Shown: positions 10,590-21,006 of the stretch, piece by piece | Layout of the letters: each line of letters opens with the position of its first letter | Position numbering within the stretch: the stretch's first letter is position 1 | Made by a program: the position numbers and the translations under genes | Notes under the pieces: model-generated | What the model saw: only the letters and a program-made list of their open reading frames with translations | The model's database searches: none | What the model was told of the DNA's origin: nothing | Source: a virus | Lineage: Duplodnaviria > Caudoviricetes | Length of the DNA stretch: 46,673 nucleotides | IMG/VR virus record: IMGVR_UViG_3300030376_006145 | Location: 1 to 46,673 of that record | Strand: one strand, 5' to 3'

Positions 10590-13294
10590 GTTACTTTTGG
10601 TTTAGGGTAGCCGGTAGATTTTGAGAATTTACCTGCTGAGTCAGCAGTTGCTGGAGCAATTTGATGCATTCCTCCTGTAGATCTAGTCATAGCTCCTTGT
10701 AATCTCTGTCCTTGAATAGCTCTTACTTTTCTGTCTATTAATACATTACTTGCTCCGGCACCTCCGAAGAATCCTAATACAAAATTAGCTGCAGCTTCTC
10801 CATCTGATAAGTACCCTTGCTCCCACAGCTCTGCATTTCTTCCAAACATATGAGTAGGACTAATAGTACCTGCTGCAGCACTCATAAATTCTCCACCTCC
10901 TCTGTTTCCTTTAGAATAAAGTTCGTGAGCCCCTGCCTCAAATCCTGTAGCTATTCCAGAACCTATTTGATAAACTTGACCTACAATAGGAATAGCACTC
11001 ATAACACCTCCTATAGTACCTTCTACAGCAGCTTCTCTCGAACCTCCTTGATAAGATACATCAGAAACATCGGTCATACTATTTGAGGCTAATGGAGCTA
11101 GCGATGATGCTACATTAGCTACTCCAGTCCCTATTGCCAAAGCACCGCTCATTCCAATTCCTCCCCCTCCTCCTCCTCCTGCAGGACTTCCAGACATAAG
11201 CTCAGCATCTCCTGTCATAGAAGTAGTGTCTGTAGCTACAGTTGGAGCTGATGTCATATTCCAAGTTTGAGCTACTGGTGCAGTAGGAGAGTTATTTGTT
11301 CCCCAACCAAAAGTTCCACTTTCTACAAATCCTGACTGTGCTAAAGGAACTTCCATTACTGATCTATCTTGAGGAAAAGAATAATTTTTTACCCCAGGTA
11401 CCATATCAACTGTTTTACCTGTATCACTTCCTATTGCACGTACACCATGAGGTACCCCTTCCATAGTAAGATTAGTTCCACTAACGTCATCTCCTACTAT
11501 AAGGTTAGCAGCATTGTTTCTGTCAGGGCTGTCATGCTTGTAACCAGTAGAACTTACTTTAACGCCACTCTTTCTAAGAGCTTTAACATAAGCTAGATTT
11601 TCTCTACTGTTAGGATTAAAGCTTTCTACCCCTCCTCTTTGCATTTCTGAAGTGCTAGGCATAGAAGCTGCTGCAGCTCCTACTCCTACTACTGGAACTG
11701 CTACAGGAAGACCTCTTAAAATATCAAGCCGGTCTTTCATAGGAGTCTCTTCTTTAAAGAATTTTCTGCCTTGTTTTGCAGGAAAAGGCTTTGCAGGTTT
11801 ACCTGCTACTCTAACATTACTAACATTTTTAACCTTACCTCCAAGAGTATCGTAAAGCCTTTTTATGTAATCATCATTCTTTAAAAATTCTGGAGACTGC
11901 ATAAAGTTTATAGCCTCATTACGATTTTTAAATGTTCCTGCTTTTACCCAAGAATCAGCAAGCTCCATTCTTGCTACACCTAGTTCAGAGTGAAGTTCGT
12001 TTACCTGAGCAAACCAATCATACGCACCTGAAGCATCAGGTCCCTCATCTACTTTCATAGCTTTTTTAATACGGTAAGCTAAAGGACTGTCTTTAAGAGT
12101 AGGAGAAGATTGAATAGATGCTTTAAGCTTATCCATCCACTCTAGAATTTGTTGTTGATTGTGGTGGCCTTCATGAGTACCAGTAGCTTTTATTTCTTCA
12201 GGACTTCTAAGGTTTAAGTCTTTTGGTGCTTTTCTAAAAGTTACAGCGCTGGTTTCAAAATCTGGCTTTGGGTTTTCTCTATATGTTTTAAATCCTGCAA
12301 CATAATGATCTCTGGCTATATAGTCTTGTACAGGCTCATCTATACCAGAAGATGAAAAATCGTATGGGTCTTTTTTTAAAAGCGCAGCATTACTTTCGTT
12401 AGGCCAGGTAGCAAGTATATTTTCTGATTTACCCATCGGACCTTCAGGATAAGAAAGTTTCTTTGAAATTTCCGAGCCAGAATTATTTGCGGCCCAGTTC
12501 AGATTTTTCTTTGCCCTTTCTGCGGCCCCTTCAGCTATATCTTTATCAGTTAAGTAATTAGCGTTTGGGCTATTTTTAATTCTAGTCTCAATAATTTTTT
12601 GCAAGTAACCTTCTCTTAAAGGCTGTTCTGGAGCATCTAAGTCATAAGCCCACCTTTCACCCCAATCAACCCCACTAGCATGAGCCTTATTTTGAGCTGC
12701 CATTCTTTTGTCTAGAATAATATCTTCAGTTTTCTTAGCATCTCTTACTACATCTCCTATATTAGTACCAAGTCCCTTAATACGACCTCTTACCTCTTTC
12801 CAACCTTTTTTTACTTTGTTTACTATAGGACCTGCAGATCCTGGTATTGCTGCAGCTCCTAAATAAAGTGCAGCATCAGGATATTTTCCTTGTTGAGCTT
12901 GATCTGCAGCATTAATAAAATCTGGAATAGGATTAACCATTGCAGCAGCATCTAAAGCAAATCTCCTACCTTCTTCTGCTGTATCTCCATATCCTAATTG
13001 TCCAAGAAGAAAATCTTTTTCCTGTCTAAGGCCTTTTGCATCTACGAACTTTCCTACTTTAGATTTTTCAAAATCTTTCCAGTACTCTCCAAAACTTTTT
13101 TCTTTTATAGGTTCGGTTTTAGGAGTTCCATCTGGATTTCTATAAGCTGAAACAGTAACCTCAGGTAATAATCCTCCAGAATATACTTGATCTTCAGGCT
13201 TACCTTTTTGTAGTTGTGGGACAGAGTAGTCACGTCTAACTTCAACGCCTCTAGATCTTAAAGCTTTGATGTACGCCTTTTCCTCTCGGGTCAT
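10586..13294 (-). CDS. Mosaic virion cargo protein: pre-toxin-like linker, HExxH domain, Gly-rich hydrophobic C-terminus
   Basis: 902 aa. THEGHH at 12161-12178, internal repeat of its own N-terminus, and Gly/Ala-rich membrane-like segments at the C-terminus. Has its own TAATTTTG box. Confidence 0.6.
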   Translation of the reverse strand: MTREEKAYIKALRSRGVEVRRDYSVPQLQKGKPEDQVYSGGLLPEVTVSAYRNPDGTPKTEPIKEKSFGEYWKDFEKSKVGKFVDAKGLRQEKDFLLGQLGYGDTAEEGRRFALDAAAMVNPIPDFINAADQAQQGKYPDAALYLGAAAIPGSAGPIVNKVKKGWKEVRGRIKGLGTNIGDVVRDAKKTEDIILDKRMAAQNKAHASGVDWGERWAYDLDAPEQPLREGYLQKIIETRIKNSPNANYLTDKDIAEGAAERAKKNLNWAANNSGSEISKKLSYPEGPMGKSENILATWPNESNAALLKKDPYDFSSSGIDEPVQDYIARDHYVAGFKTYRENPKPDFETSAVTFRKAPKDLNLRSPEEIKATGTHEGHHNQQQILEWMDKLKASIQSSPTLKDSPLAYRIKKAMKVDEGPDASGAYDWFAQVNELHSELGVARMELADSWVKAGTFKNRNEAINFMQSPEFLKNDDYIKRLYDTLGGKVKNVSNVRVAGKPAKPFPAKQGRKFFKEETPMKDRLDILRGLPVAVPVVGVGAAAASMPSTSEMQRGGVESFNPNSRENLAYVKALRKSGVKVSSTGYKHDSPDRNNAANLIVGDDVSGTNLTMEGVPHGVRAIGSDTGKTVDMVPGVKNYSFPQDRSVMEVPLAQSGFVESGTFGWGTNNSPTAPVAQTWNMTSAPTVATDTTSMTGDAELMSGSPAGGGGGGGIGMSGALAIGTGVANVASSLAPLASNSMTDVSDVSYQGGSREAAVEGTIGGVMSAIPIVGQVYQIGSGIATGFEAGAHELYSKGNRGGGEFMSAAAGTISPTHMFGRNAELWEQGYLSDGEAAANFVLGFFGGAGASNVLIDRKVRAIQGQRLQGAMTRSTGGMHQIAPATADSAGKFSKSTGYPKPKVT

Positions 13295-13299
13295 AGTTG

Positions 13300-13307
13300 C
13301 AAAATTA
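13300..13307 (-). promoter_or_regulatory. Bacteroidota-type -7 promoter element (TAATTTTG)
   Basis: Matches TAnnTTTG, 5 nt before the ATG at 13294. The same octamer precedes portal and scaffold. Confidence 0.6.
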
Positions 13308-13333
13308 CTTCGTAATTCAATTCTAATAGCACT

Positions 13334-16300
13334 TTAGTATGCTACAGTATCATAAATAGTTGTTATACCTGATAGCACAAATTTTCTATTATTTGAGTTA
13401 TTAAAGGTATACCTCATTTTCATGTAGTGGCCTCTAAGCCTTGCCCTAGTAGTAAGCTCTCTTGGAATTGTAGCTCTCCATGTACGGAACCTTCTCTGAT
13501 AAGTTGTAAGAGACGGTAATGTTTGATACGCATTAGATATCGTTATACTATCCACTGTCTGGTCATAAGTATTATTTCCAGAACTATCGTATACTTCTGA
13601 GGCCCACTCAAGATTAGTAAACACCTTTGAGTTTGCTGCCTCTGCACTTACTACTACTTCAACATAACTGTCCTCTTCAGGATTATCATAGAATTTTCCT
13701 CTATCCCCTTTATTGTGAATGTATATTTTACTTTGAGGTCCAGAAGAATCTAACTGTCCTGCTGGAGGTGCTGGGCTAAATACATTGTCTCTGTCATTAA
13801 GATACACTGTAGGAGTAGGAGAGTAGAAAGAAGTGAACGTAGTTGCGTTCTCGTTAAAGGCTAATGTCTTAGAAATATAACCACTCTTTCCATCAGAAAG
13901 TTTGTTATGAAAAGTAAACAAAGCTTCATTAAATCTGTAATCATACGTACCTGTAATACCTATAGGATTATAAGTAGCAAGATTGGAATCTGAGTCATAT
14001 ATAGGATTGTCATTAACTATTAACTCACCTCTAAAGTTATTGTAGAAGAACTGATTAAGTTCTCCTACTTGGCTTATAGGAGTTACATTCTGTCCGTTAA
14101 ATCTGTACAGTACTGCATCAGCAACATCGTAGAAATACAATGAGTTAGGAGACAGTACTAATCCAAACTGATGTCTTGTCCCTGAGAATACACTTATATA
14201 ATCAAATCTAGGAAGTACTCCAGAGCTTCCAAGTATAGTAGCTTCTGCACTTTGTGTTTGAGCAACCTGACGCTCGTTAACCGAAGCAATACCAAAAGCA
14301 TCTTCTTGTAAAGCAATTACCTTATCTAGATTATTTACCATTGCATTAATAGGACCGTACTTACCATTTATATCAATGTAAGACTGGGTTCTAAATCTTC
14401 TCCAAGAGTTTATTAACTCTCCACTTGTCTTTAAATCAGACGCATAAATTCTAACGGGAAACTTGTCAGTTTCTTCTCCGGTTAAAGGTTCAGGAAAAGA
14501 AGGCTGTAGATCCTCCTCTGCAGAGTAAGCAAAATTGTATATAAAGTCTTCTCCAGATCTTTGTATATCAGACAAAAGATAACCTTCCCAATCTTCTGCA
14601 CTCCAGTTCGGTTCTGTATTTGAAGGAACACCGTCACCAAAAGCATGACCTTGTAGCTTTATTCCAGCCCCAGTCATATCTGTAAAAGACTTTTGGAAAT
14701 AATTTCCTTGACGTAAATCTGTATTTATCCCACTTTCTACAGGAAAGTATTCTATATAGTTAAAGTTCTTTTTAGTCTCATCTGTAATGTTGTTAGGAAA
14801 TTCATCTTCAAGAGCATCTCTAGTATCTAACCATCCTGCTATGTTTCTAGTAAGAGTAGTGATATCCATAATGTTTATATAGGTATCACCTCCAAATACG
14901 TTTACAGATGTATTAGTAGTAGAAGAGGATACTTCTACATAAGTGCCTGTATCTATATATACATTTTTAGTTCTTGCTGAATAAGTATTTCCTCCATACT
15001 GATTTGCTAGAGGTCTGTAATAATCTCCGTATCTTCTTACTTGAGTAGCTGTTCTATTATCAAAACGAGAAGTAAGTACAGGGTCATCACTATATCTTAA
15101 CAACCTATCTATAAAAGCTGTTTTTTGAGATGCCATTGCTAGACACTTTGTACCTAAATGTCTTTGGTACACCCCAATAGTATTAGGAGTTCCTACATCA
15201 TCGTTACCAAGATGGGACCTGTTATGGAAAGGTTGCCTTCCGTTAAGATCCACAGAAGCTCCATACTCACAAATAGAAGCATCGCTTACTTTTAATTTTA
15301 TAAAACCATTTTCTACATCATTGCTACTTAGATGCTGTGGTAAATCATTAGGATCCATGTTATCCAGAATCCCCTTAATATTTACTTGTTCGTATAACTT
15401 AGTAATTGTAGTATTACTATTATTTCCAGTAGAGCTCCAACTATCTATTCCTGTATCTTGAGTAGCTGCGTCAGGTATTATTGGGTGTACTAATGCATGT
15501 ATCCTAAACTCATCTCCTCCTTTGTGCTGAAAAGAATCTTTAAAGCACATGTCTGGAGAATAAAATGCGTAGTTACTTCCTCTATTTCCTCTTCCTCCTT
15601 GAGCAGATTCAATACTAGATCTTGGTCGAGAATCAGTATTACGAAAGGGGTTTTTGTCTCCCAGACCTGAACCATCTTTAATTTGAACATTACCATCAAG
15701 ATAAGTTCCAGGATAGTCTGCATTATATCTATTAGCAGTCATTCCTAAAAGGCCTGATCCAAGAATAGTCTTATCAGCGTCTGTTCTTTTTACACGCTTA
15801 ATCTTGTACCCATCTATCTCACTTGCAATAGAACTTACATCAATGTCAAATTTTATACCTATAGTATTAAGTCTAGCTCCTTGTTGAGTAATATCTCCTC
15901 CTTGATCCCTTCTACATATTTTATAATCATCCCACCAGTAATCTACACTTTCGTCAGGAGCATCTACATAATGAGGTATCTTAATATCTGCTATCCACTT
16001 AGCTCTGCCTTCTTGGCCGTTCTTAATAGGTACAAAAGCAAATCTATATATCTCTCCCCTTTTGTATCCTCTAAAATTAGCAGACTCCCAAGGAGACATA
16101 TGACCTTGTACCATACCTGCATAAGTATCTTGTCCTCCAGTAGAATCGGTTAGATAGATATTATCTATTAGGTTAGGCTGATCAGGATTCCAAGAATACA
16201 GAAAACGTTGAGTAGTTAACGAAGTAGGCAGTTCACCAGACTCTTCTATATAACCTCCATTACTTCCGTAAGGCGATACATCTCCAAAATGAAATCTTTT

Positions 16301-17821
16301 AGTAAACTCATAACTTACGTTAGGACCTGTTCCTCCATAAGTTATACCATTCTCTTTGTATTTATAAGAATCAAAGTTAGGGTTGATAGCGTCTAGCTCT
16401 GTATCACTAGGATACGTATAAAGACTATTAGATATATAAGAATCTCCTAAGCTATTATGTCCGTAAGCTCTAGGATCAAACTCTACATCAAAATCATCAG
16501 ACCTTACATTTCCTGCAAAAAGAATATTATCCTTTTGGGCTATAGTTTTACAATGAGTAAACGGAGTATAAAGGTTTTGAAACTCTTCATAAGTAAATGT
16601 AGCTGCCTCTTCGGATCCAGATATAGTATAATCAATCTTATTATTATATATAGGAATCTCTGTAACAAGCCTAACTTCAGGAACGTCAGTAATACTGCTT
16701 CTGTATAAAGTAAAAATTTCTACAAAGCTGAATGCAGTTTCAGGTATTTTAAACTGAAACCTAATAGACTTACTTGCATCTTGATCTTGATCAGAGTCAG
16801 ATCCTTCATAGTCTTGAGGTTTTTGATTATCTGTATGCTCAGAATCTTCAGTTATATTTATAACTTTTGAGTGTTGAGATAGAAGGGAGTATCCTGCGTC
16901 TTTAGCCCTTAACCTATAAGCTACTTGATAGGCACCATTCTTTAAACTTCCTCCATTTAAAATGTCTTTAAATATAGGTATGCTGCTAGTTTGCCCATCA
17001 TGAATATCAAGCATGCCTACAGTAAGAGCTAAAGAATTAGGGCTCTGTACATTTAAAAATCTAAGAGGATTAAAGTTATCTGTCCAAGCTAATCTTACTA
17101 TTTCGTCAGTCTCTTCGGATATTTCTATACCAGAAGGATTTGCTACAGGGTACTTAGTAGTAAACTTTATATCTGGGCTAGAGTACCTAAGATCCCAGGA
17201 ATAAGTGTAGTCTATAGGATCATAAGTTAGTTTCCAAACTGCTCCTGAACCTCCATTAGTTGAGTGATTATTAGTTGTAAGAATATAAAAAGCTTGGTCA
17301 GAAGTTTCCCATCCTATAATATGTTGAGAAGCAGAAGTCATTCCAGAAATGTCTTCTTGATTTATAACAGATGTGCTTGGTGCAGCAGAAACAACATTAG
17401 TGTGCGAAGTAATTACTAATCGTAATCCTTGTCTCGCAACCTTAAGATTATAAGGAGTAAAGGCCGGATCTGTTTTAAAGGCGTTCTCAAGAGCTTTAAA
17501 CAGTACAAGATATGACCTTTCGTCTGCGTATACTGGAGCACCTGTTATAGTATTACCGTCTATTACTATGGTAGGAATTACTTCAGTAGTTAGAAAGACT
17601 AAAACATAATCAAAGTTTGGAGTTATAGATACTAAAGCTGGTACTTCAGGAATAGTAGTATCATGTCGGTTACCCTTAATATTAATTACAGAATAGCTAG
17701 ACCCGCCTTCATCAGATTCTATTCTGATATTAAGCGCATCAACATACTCATCCTTATCTACAGATAAAGGATCTTTTTCGTTCTTAAGTCCTTTTAAAAA
17801 GGTATTCCTTGCAGCCTTCAA
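13334..17821 (-). CDS. Tail stabilisation / muzzle protein (P22 gp10-like, crAss-like muzzle)
   Basis: 1495 aa, beta-rich. N-terminal NTFLKGL...YVDALNIRI, WTDNFNPLRFLN, GYKRGEIYRFAFV, YGGNTYSAR, FGGDTYI and C-terminal RRFRTWR...RLRGHYM are characteristic of this family. Follows a ring gene. Confidence 0.85.
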   Translation of the reverse strand: MKAARNTFLKGLKNEKDPLSVDKDEYVDALNIRIESDEGGSSYSVINIKGNRHDTTIPEVPALVSITPNFDYVLVFLTTEVIPTIVIDGNTITGAPVYADERSYLVLFKALENAFKTDPAFTPYNLKVARQGLRLVITSHTNVVSAAPSTSVINQEDISGMTSASQHIIGWETSDQAFYILTTNNHSTNGGSGAVWKLTYDPIDYTYSWDLRYSSPDIKFTTKYPVANPSGIEISEETDEIVRLAWTDNFNPLRFLNVQSPNSLALTVGMLDIHDGQTSSIPIFKDILNGGSLKNGAYQVAYRLRAKDAGYSLLSQHSKVINITEDSEHTDNQKPQDYEGSDSDQDQDASKSIRFQFKIPETAFSFVEIFTLYRSSITDVPEVRLVTEIPIYNNKIDYTISGSEEAATFTYEEFQNLYTPFTHCKTIAQKDNILFAGNVRSDDFDVEFDPRAYGHNSLGDSYISNSLYTYPSDTELDAINPNFDSYKYKENGITYGGTGPNVSYEFTKRFHFGDVSPYGSNGGYIEESGELPTSLTTQRFLYSWNPDQPNLIDNIYLTDSTGGQDTYAGMVQGHMSPWESANFRGYKRGEIYRFAFVPIKNGQEGRAKWIADIKIPHYVDAPDESVDYWWDDYKICRRDQGGDITQQGARLNTIGIKFDIDVSSIASEIDGYKIKRVKRTDADKTILGSGLLGMTANRYNADYPGTYLDGNVQIKDGSGLGDKNPFRNTDSRPRSSIESAQGGRGNRGSNYAFYSPDMCFKDSFQHKGGDEFRIHALVHPIIPDAATQDTGIDSWSSTGNNSNTTITKLYEQVNIKGILDNMDPNDLPQHLSSNDVENGFIKLKVSDASICEYGASVDLNGRQPFHNRSHLGNDDVGTPNTIGVYQRHLGTKCLAMASQKTAFIDRLLRYSDDPVLTSRFDNRTATQVRRYGDYYRPLANQYGGNTYSARTKNVYIDTGTYVEVSSSTTNTSVNVFGGDTYINIMDITTLTRNIAGWLDTRDALEDEFPNNITDETKKNFNYIEYFPVESGINTDLRQGNYFQKSFTDMTGAGIKLQGHAFGDGVPSNTEPNWSAEDWEGYLLSDIQRSGEDFIYNFAYSAEEDLQPSFPEPLTGEETDKFPVRIYASDLKTSGELINSWRRFRTQSYIDINGKYGPINAMVNNLDKVIALQEDAFGIASVNERQVAQTQSAEATILGSSGVLPRFDYISVFSGTRHQFGLVLSPNSLYFYDVADAVLYRFNGQNVTPISQVGELNQFFYNNFRGELIVNDNPIYDSDSNLATYNPIGITGTYDYRFNEALFTFHNKLSDGKSGYISKTLAFNENATTFTSFYSPTPTVYLNDRDNVFSPAPPAGQLDSSGPQSKIYIHNKGDRGKFYDNPEEDSYVEVVVSAEAANSKVFTNLEWASEVYDSSGNNTYDQTVDSITISNAYQTLPSLTTYQRRFRTWRATIPRELTTRARLRGHYMKMRYTFNNSNNRKFVLSGITTIYDTVAY

Positions 17822-17824
17822 ATC

Positions 17825-18553
17825 TTATTTCTTAGTGTGGTTCCAAAGTTTTTCCTGCTTGCTTGCAGATCTCATTCCATTTGAGTGAGCAAACTGATCA
17901 GGTAATAACCTAGTCCATAGGTTTTTAATGGACTCCATCTTATCCCTAGAAGGAGTAAGAGCTTTATTTCTTGCAGAAGACATGTAAAAGCTTCTCTCTT
18001 GTTGTAGAAGATTATACCGGTTAGTATCTATCTTACCTTGTATAAACATCTTAAATCCCATACGCTCAATAACATAAGCTTTCATCGCTTGTATGTATCG
18101 TTGAGTGTCTGGTATTAGAGGTAAACCTTGTTCGTCTGTAGGATAAGCCAAGTAAGACACTATAAGGTCTCCCTTATCCATATTAGTTACAATATGGTTA
18201 TTGTTTAATTTATATTGAGGATCCTGTATGCATGATAAGTCCTCACAGTCTCTTTTTCTAATTATAAAAGCATCTGTACTGTACCTAAGAGGTCTTCCGC
18301 TTTTACAGTCTTTTATTTGTACTATCTCTGCTAGGTCGCACGGAACCTCTACACGTCCGTTTGTTAGGGTAAGGAGGTCTGCGTCTGTACCGTCTGTCAT
18401 ACGGTTAATAAACTGAATAGGTACAGAGATAAGCTCCATAGCCTCTCCTACCCATTCAATAATATTATACTTGTCGATAGGGTCAGGAAACGGATTGTCT
18501 CTGTTAATAGACTCTATGACAGTATTTATACTTACATATCTTGAGTTTAACAT
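17825..18553 (-). CDS. Tail tubular / ring protein (P22 gp4-like)
   Basis: 242 aa with IEWVGEA, PCDL and SYLAYPTDEQGLPLIPD motifs; directly upstream of the muzzle gene. Confidence 0.8.
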   Translation of the reverse strand: MLNSRYVSINTVIESINRDNPFPDPIDKYNIIEWVGEAMELISVPIQFINRMTDGTDADLLTLTNGRVEVPCDLAEIVQIKDCKSGRPLRYSTDAFIIRKRDCEDLSCIQDPQYKLNNNHIVTNMDKGDLIVSYLAYPTDEQGLPLIPDTQRYIQAMKAYVIERMGFKMFIQGKIDTNRYNLLQQERSFYMSSARNKALTPSRDKMESIKNLWTRLLPDQFAHSNGMRSASKQEKLWNHTKK

Positions 18554-19056
18554 TCTTCAAAAAAATCATAATCATTCAATGGATTTTTAAGAACTTTTGC
18601 AAGCAATCTTTTCCATTTCCTGAGAGGGTAAAACTTATAAAACCTTGAGTTCTTGGCATACGGTGCTTTACGATGCCACTTCCATTTACAGATAAATCCA
18701 CCTGTATGTGGATTAGTAAAGTACATTAAGGTCTTCTCTTCCTTTGCCTCTGGATCTTCTTTCCATAGATCCATTGTTGATTTCCAATCTATTGCTCTGC
18801 CCTTTTTACTTAGGGTACCATCTTCTTCTATAGTATTGCTTTGTTTGTTTTTTACTATAGATATATTTCCTAGCCTAAAAGGTAGAGTGATTACAAAATT
18901 ATTTGTAATCATATTTTCTACCATAGCAGTATTCATAAGAGACACAACATCTACAAATTTTTCTTTAGGCACATTATATGAGCTTTTAAGCTCAATGCTA
19001 TCTAAAGAGTTATAATAGAACTCGTACATATCAGATGTTACGTGTCTTCTTCTCAC
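18547..19056 (-). CDS. HU/IHF-like DNA-binding protein of the crAss-like tail module
   Basis: LPFRLGNISIVK arm motif, IDWKST and NPHTGGF; lies between two ring genes; GTG start overlaps the upstream TGA. Confidence 0.7.
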   Translation of the reverse strand: MRRRHVTSDMYEFYYNSLDSIELKSSYNVPKEKFVDVVSLMNTAMVENMITNNFVITLPFRLGNISIVKNKQSNTIEEDGTLSKKGRAIDWKSTMDLWKEDPEAKEEKTLMYFTNPHTGGFICKWKWHRKAPYAKNSRFYKFYPLRKWKRLLAKVLKNPLNDYDFFEEC

Positions 19057-19814
19057 CTCTTAGTGCCTTTCTTTGCTGCTGCCGCTACTTGTTTCTTTAC
19101 CATATTATCCAGAGAACTTGACCTTGAAGGTTGTGCAGGATTTTTAAAGTTCATTGCATCGTTTTCAAGATCTTGAGGCATGCTTAGTATTCTAGCCATG
19201 TCCTTAGAAATGATTTCTTCTTTTATATAATCCCAGGTTCTAGCATCTAAAGGATAGCTAGCATCATCATTATAACATGGGTTACCACTACATGATGTAA
19301 AAGAAGCCAGCTCTGAAGGATCTTCAAATATTCCACGAACAGATATAAGATCTATTAGTGCTGTAGGTTGAGGAGACACTACGTATACTCTATTATTTCT
19401 AATATAAGCAGCCATCCCTGTTTTATTATATCTACCATTTCCAAAGTAGATAGCTTTTTCATAAGGCATTAATGAGTAACCAGGTTGGCTTGCAGATACT
19501 GGGCCTATACGTTCAATGCCTAAACTGTTATGCATTGCAATAGGCATAGGTATTTCCAACTTACTTCTAAGCACTGTGCACCCTGATTTAAAATCACAAC
19601 ATTCTGCATCATCCGCCATTTCCATTTCAAGGCAATTAATATCTTGCAGTAATGCTGGAGAAGCAATACGATTCTTATTCATTTCATTAGTAATGAAGTG
19701 AGCTCTCTTCGTATGAATAAGAGCTTTCAAGAATCTGTTGTCTATAACATCATCGTCTGAACGGTTAGGGGCCGCAACCTCTAATATTTGGTAAACTGCT
19801 TCGTTAAGTGTCAT
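19053..19814 (-). CDS. Tail ring protein
   Basis: 253 aa: MTLNEAVYQILE...SDDDVID, Cys cluster, ISVRGIFEDP, C-terminal PQDLENDA; conserved position. Confidence 0.75.
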   Translation of the reverse strand: MTLNEAVYQILEVAAPNRSDDDVIDNRFLKALIHTKRAHFITNEMNKNRIASPALLQDINCLEMEMADDAECCDFKSGCTVLRSKLEIPMPIAMHNSLGIERIGPVSASQPGYSLMPYEKAIYFGNGRYNKTGMAAYIRNNRVYVVSPQPTALIDLISVRGIFEDPSELASFTSCSGNPCYNDDASYPLDARTWDYIKEEIISKDMARILSMPQDLENDAMNFKNPAQPSRSSSLDNMVKKQVAAAAKKGTKR

Positions 19815-20992
19815 TATTCAAATAGTATTCTGTCTTGAGAAATTCTAGAATTATGCTTCTCTACTACCTCAAAATCCACCCCTGAAGTTCCCGATCCATA
19901 ATTAGTGTGTATCCATTTAGATGATCCGTACATACTCATTACATTTTTGTATCGGAATCTTTTAGCGTATTCTACACTTGATTGATGTAAGTCTCCTTTT
20001 ACAAAGTGGATGTGCTTAGAATCTATCTCCTTTATATTTATATAGTCGTTAATATAATTCTCGACCGGAGGAGTTATTCTTAGAGGTAACCCTGATCTCA
20101 TATCTTCCTCGTCTTTACCGTGGGAGATTATGTAAGTATGGTCACCGTACTGAAAATGATTCATAAACTTGTCTATTATCATTCTATCCACTTCAGGATA
20201 TTTTAACTCTAAGTAAATGTCTACTGCTCTATTAGCGCAGTATCCAAATGCTCCACTATGATTGTCGCTTGTTACAGCTACAAACTTTATGTTATCAGCA
20301 ATGTCCATTTTAATTAAAGCATCAAAGAATAATCTATGTACTCTAACGTAAACATCAAACTGCTCTCTATTAGACATGTTTTGAGGAAGATGGTGTCCTC
20401 CTCTAGTAGTCTGTGCATTGTATCCATCAAGAGGGTCTCCAAGATCTAAGAAAGCAACAGTATCAAATCTACCATGCATCTTATATTGATGTTGACACTC
20501 TTCTAATAGTTTAAACATCCTGTCTTTAAAAACACTTTCATCGTAAGGGTTTTTGTAAACACTCTGCTCGTTTGTATATGCTCCTACATGCTTATCAGAA
20601 GTAAATAGGAACAGTCCTTTTTTATTATTTGTATTAGAGCCTTTCTTAAAGCTCCAAGGTTTTATCTTACTTGAGAGACTTCCTACTATATTAGTCCTAA
20701 GCTCTTCAAAGTTTATATTAGTCTCTTTATCTTTTTCGTAGCTATAACGTAGTTCTCCGTCTTTACCTCCTTGCCAGGCTGACTTAACAACCATGCTTTC
20801 TATAGGAGACTTAGGCTTTATAGGCCCTGACTTGTAACTTTCTTTTATATGCTTTCGAGCTCTCTTACTAGCTCTTCTTACTACATCTTCAGGTACGTTA
20901 AACTTCCTAGCTACTCTTTTAAGATTCTTTAGATACCCTCTTTTGTGTACCAAGAACTTAAAAATATCCTCCTCACTACTGTGAATATCCAT
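19814..20992 (-). CDS. Calcineurin-like metallophosphoesterase with N-terminal basic HTH-like region
   Basis: Ordered motifs SDKHVG, DLGDPLDG, SDNH, SHG and GDLHQ. Confidence 0.8.
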   Translation of the reverse strand: MDIHSSEEDIFKFLVHKRGYLKNLKRVARKFNVPEDVVRRASKRARKHIKESYKSGPIKPKSPIESMVVKSAWQGGKDGELRYSYEKDKETNINFEELRTNIVGSLSSKIKPWSFKKGSNTNNKKGLFLFTSDKHVGAYTNEQSVYKNPYDESVFKDRMFKLLEECQHQYKMHGRFDTVAFLDLGDPLDGYNAQTTRGGHHLPQNMSNREQFDVYVRVHRLFFDALIKMDIADNIKFVAVTSDNHSGAFGYCANRAVDIYLELKYPEVDRMIIDKFMNHFQYGDHTYIISHGKDEEDMRSGLPLRITPPVENYINDYINIKEIDSKHIHFVKGDLHQSSVEYAKRFRYKNVMSMYGSSKWIHTNYGSGTSGVDFEVVEKHNSRISQDRILFE

Positions 20993-21006
20993 CCAGGTTA
21001 TTTTAA

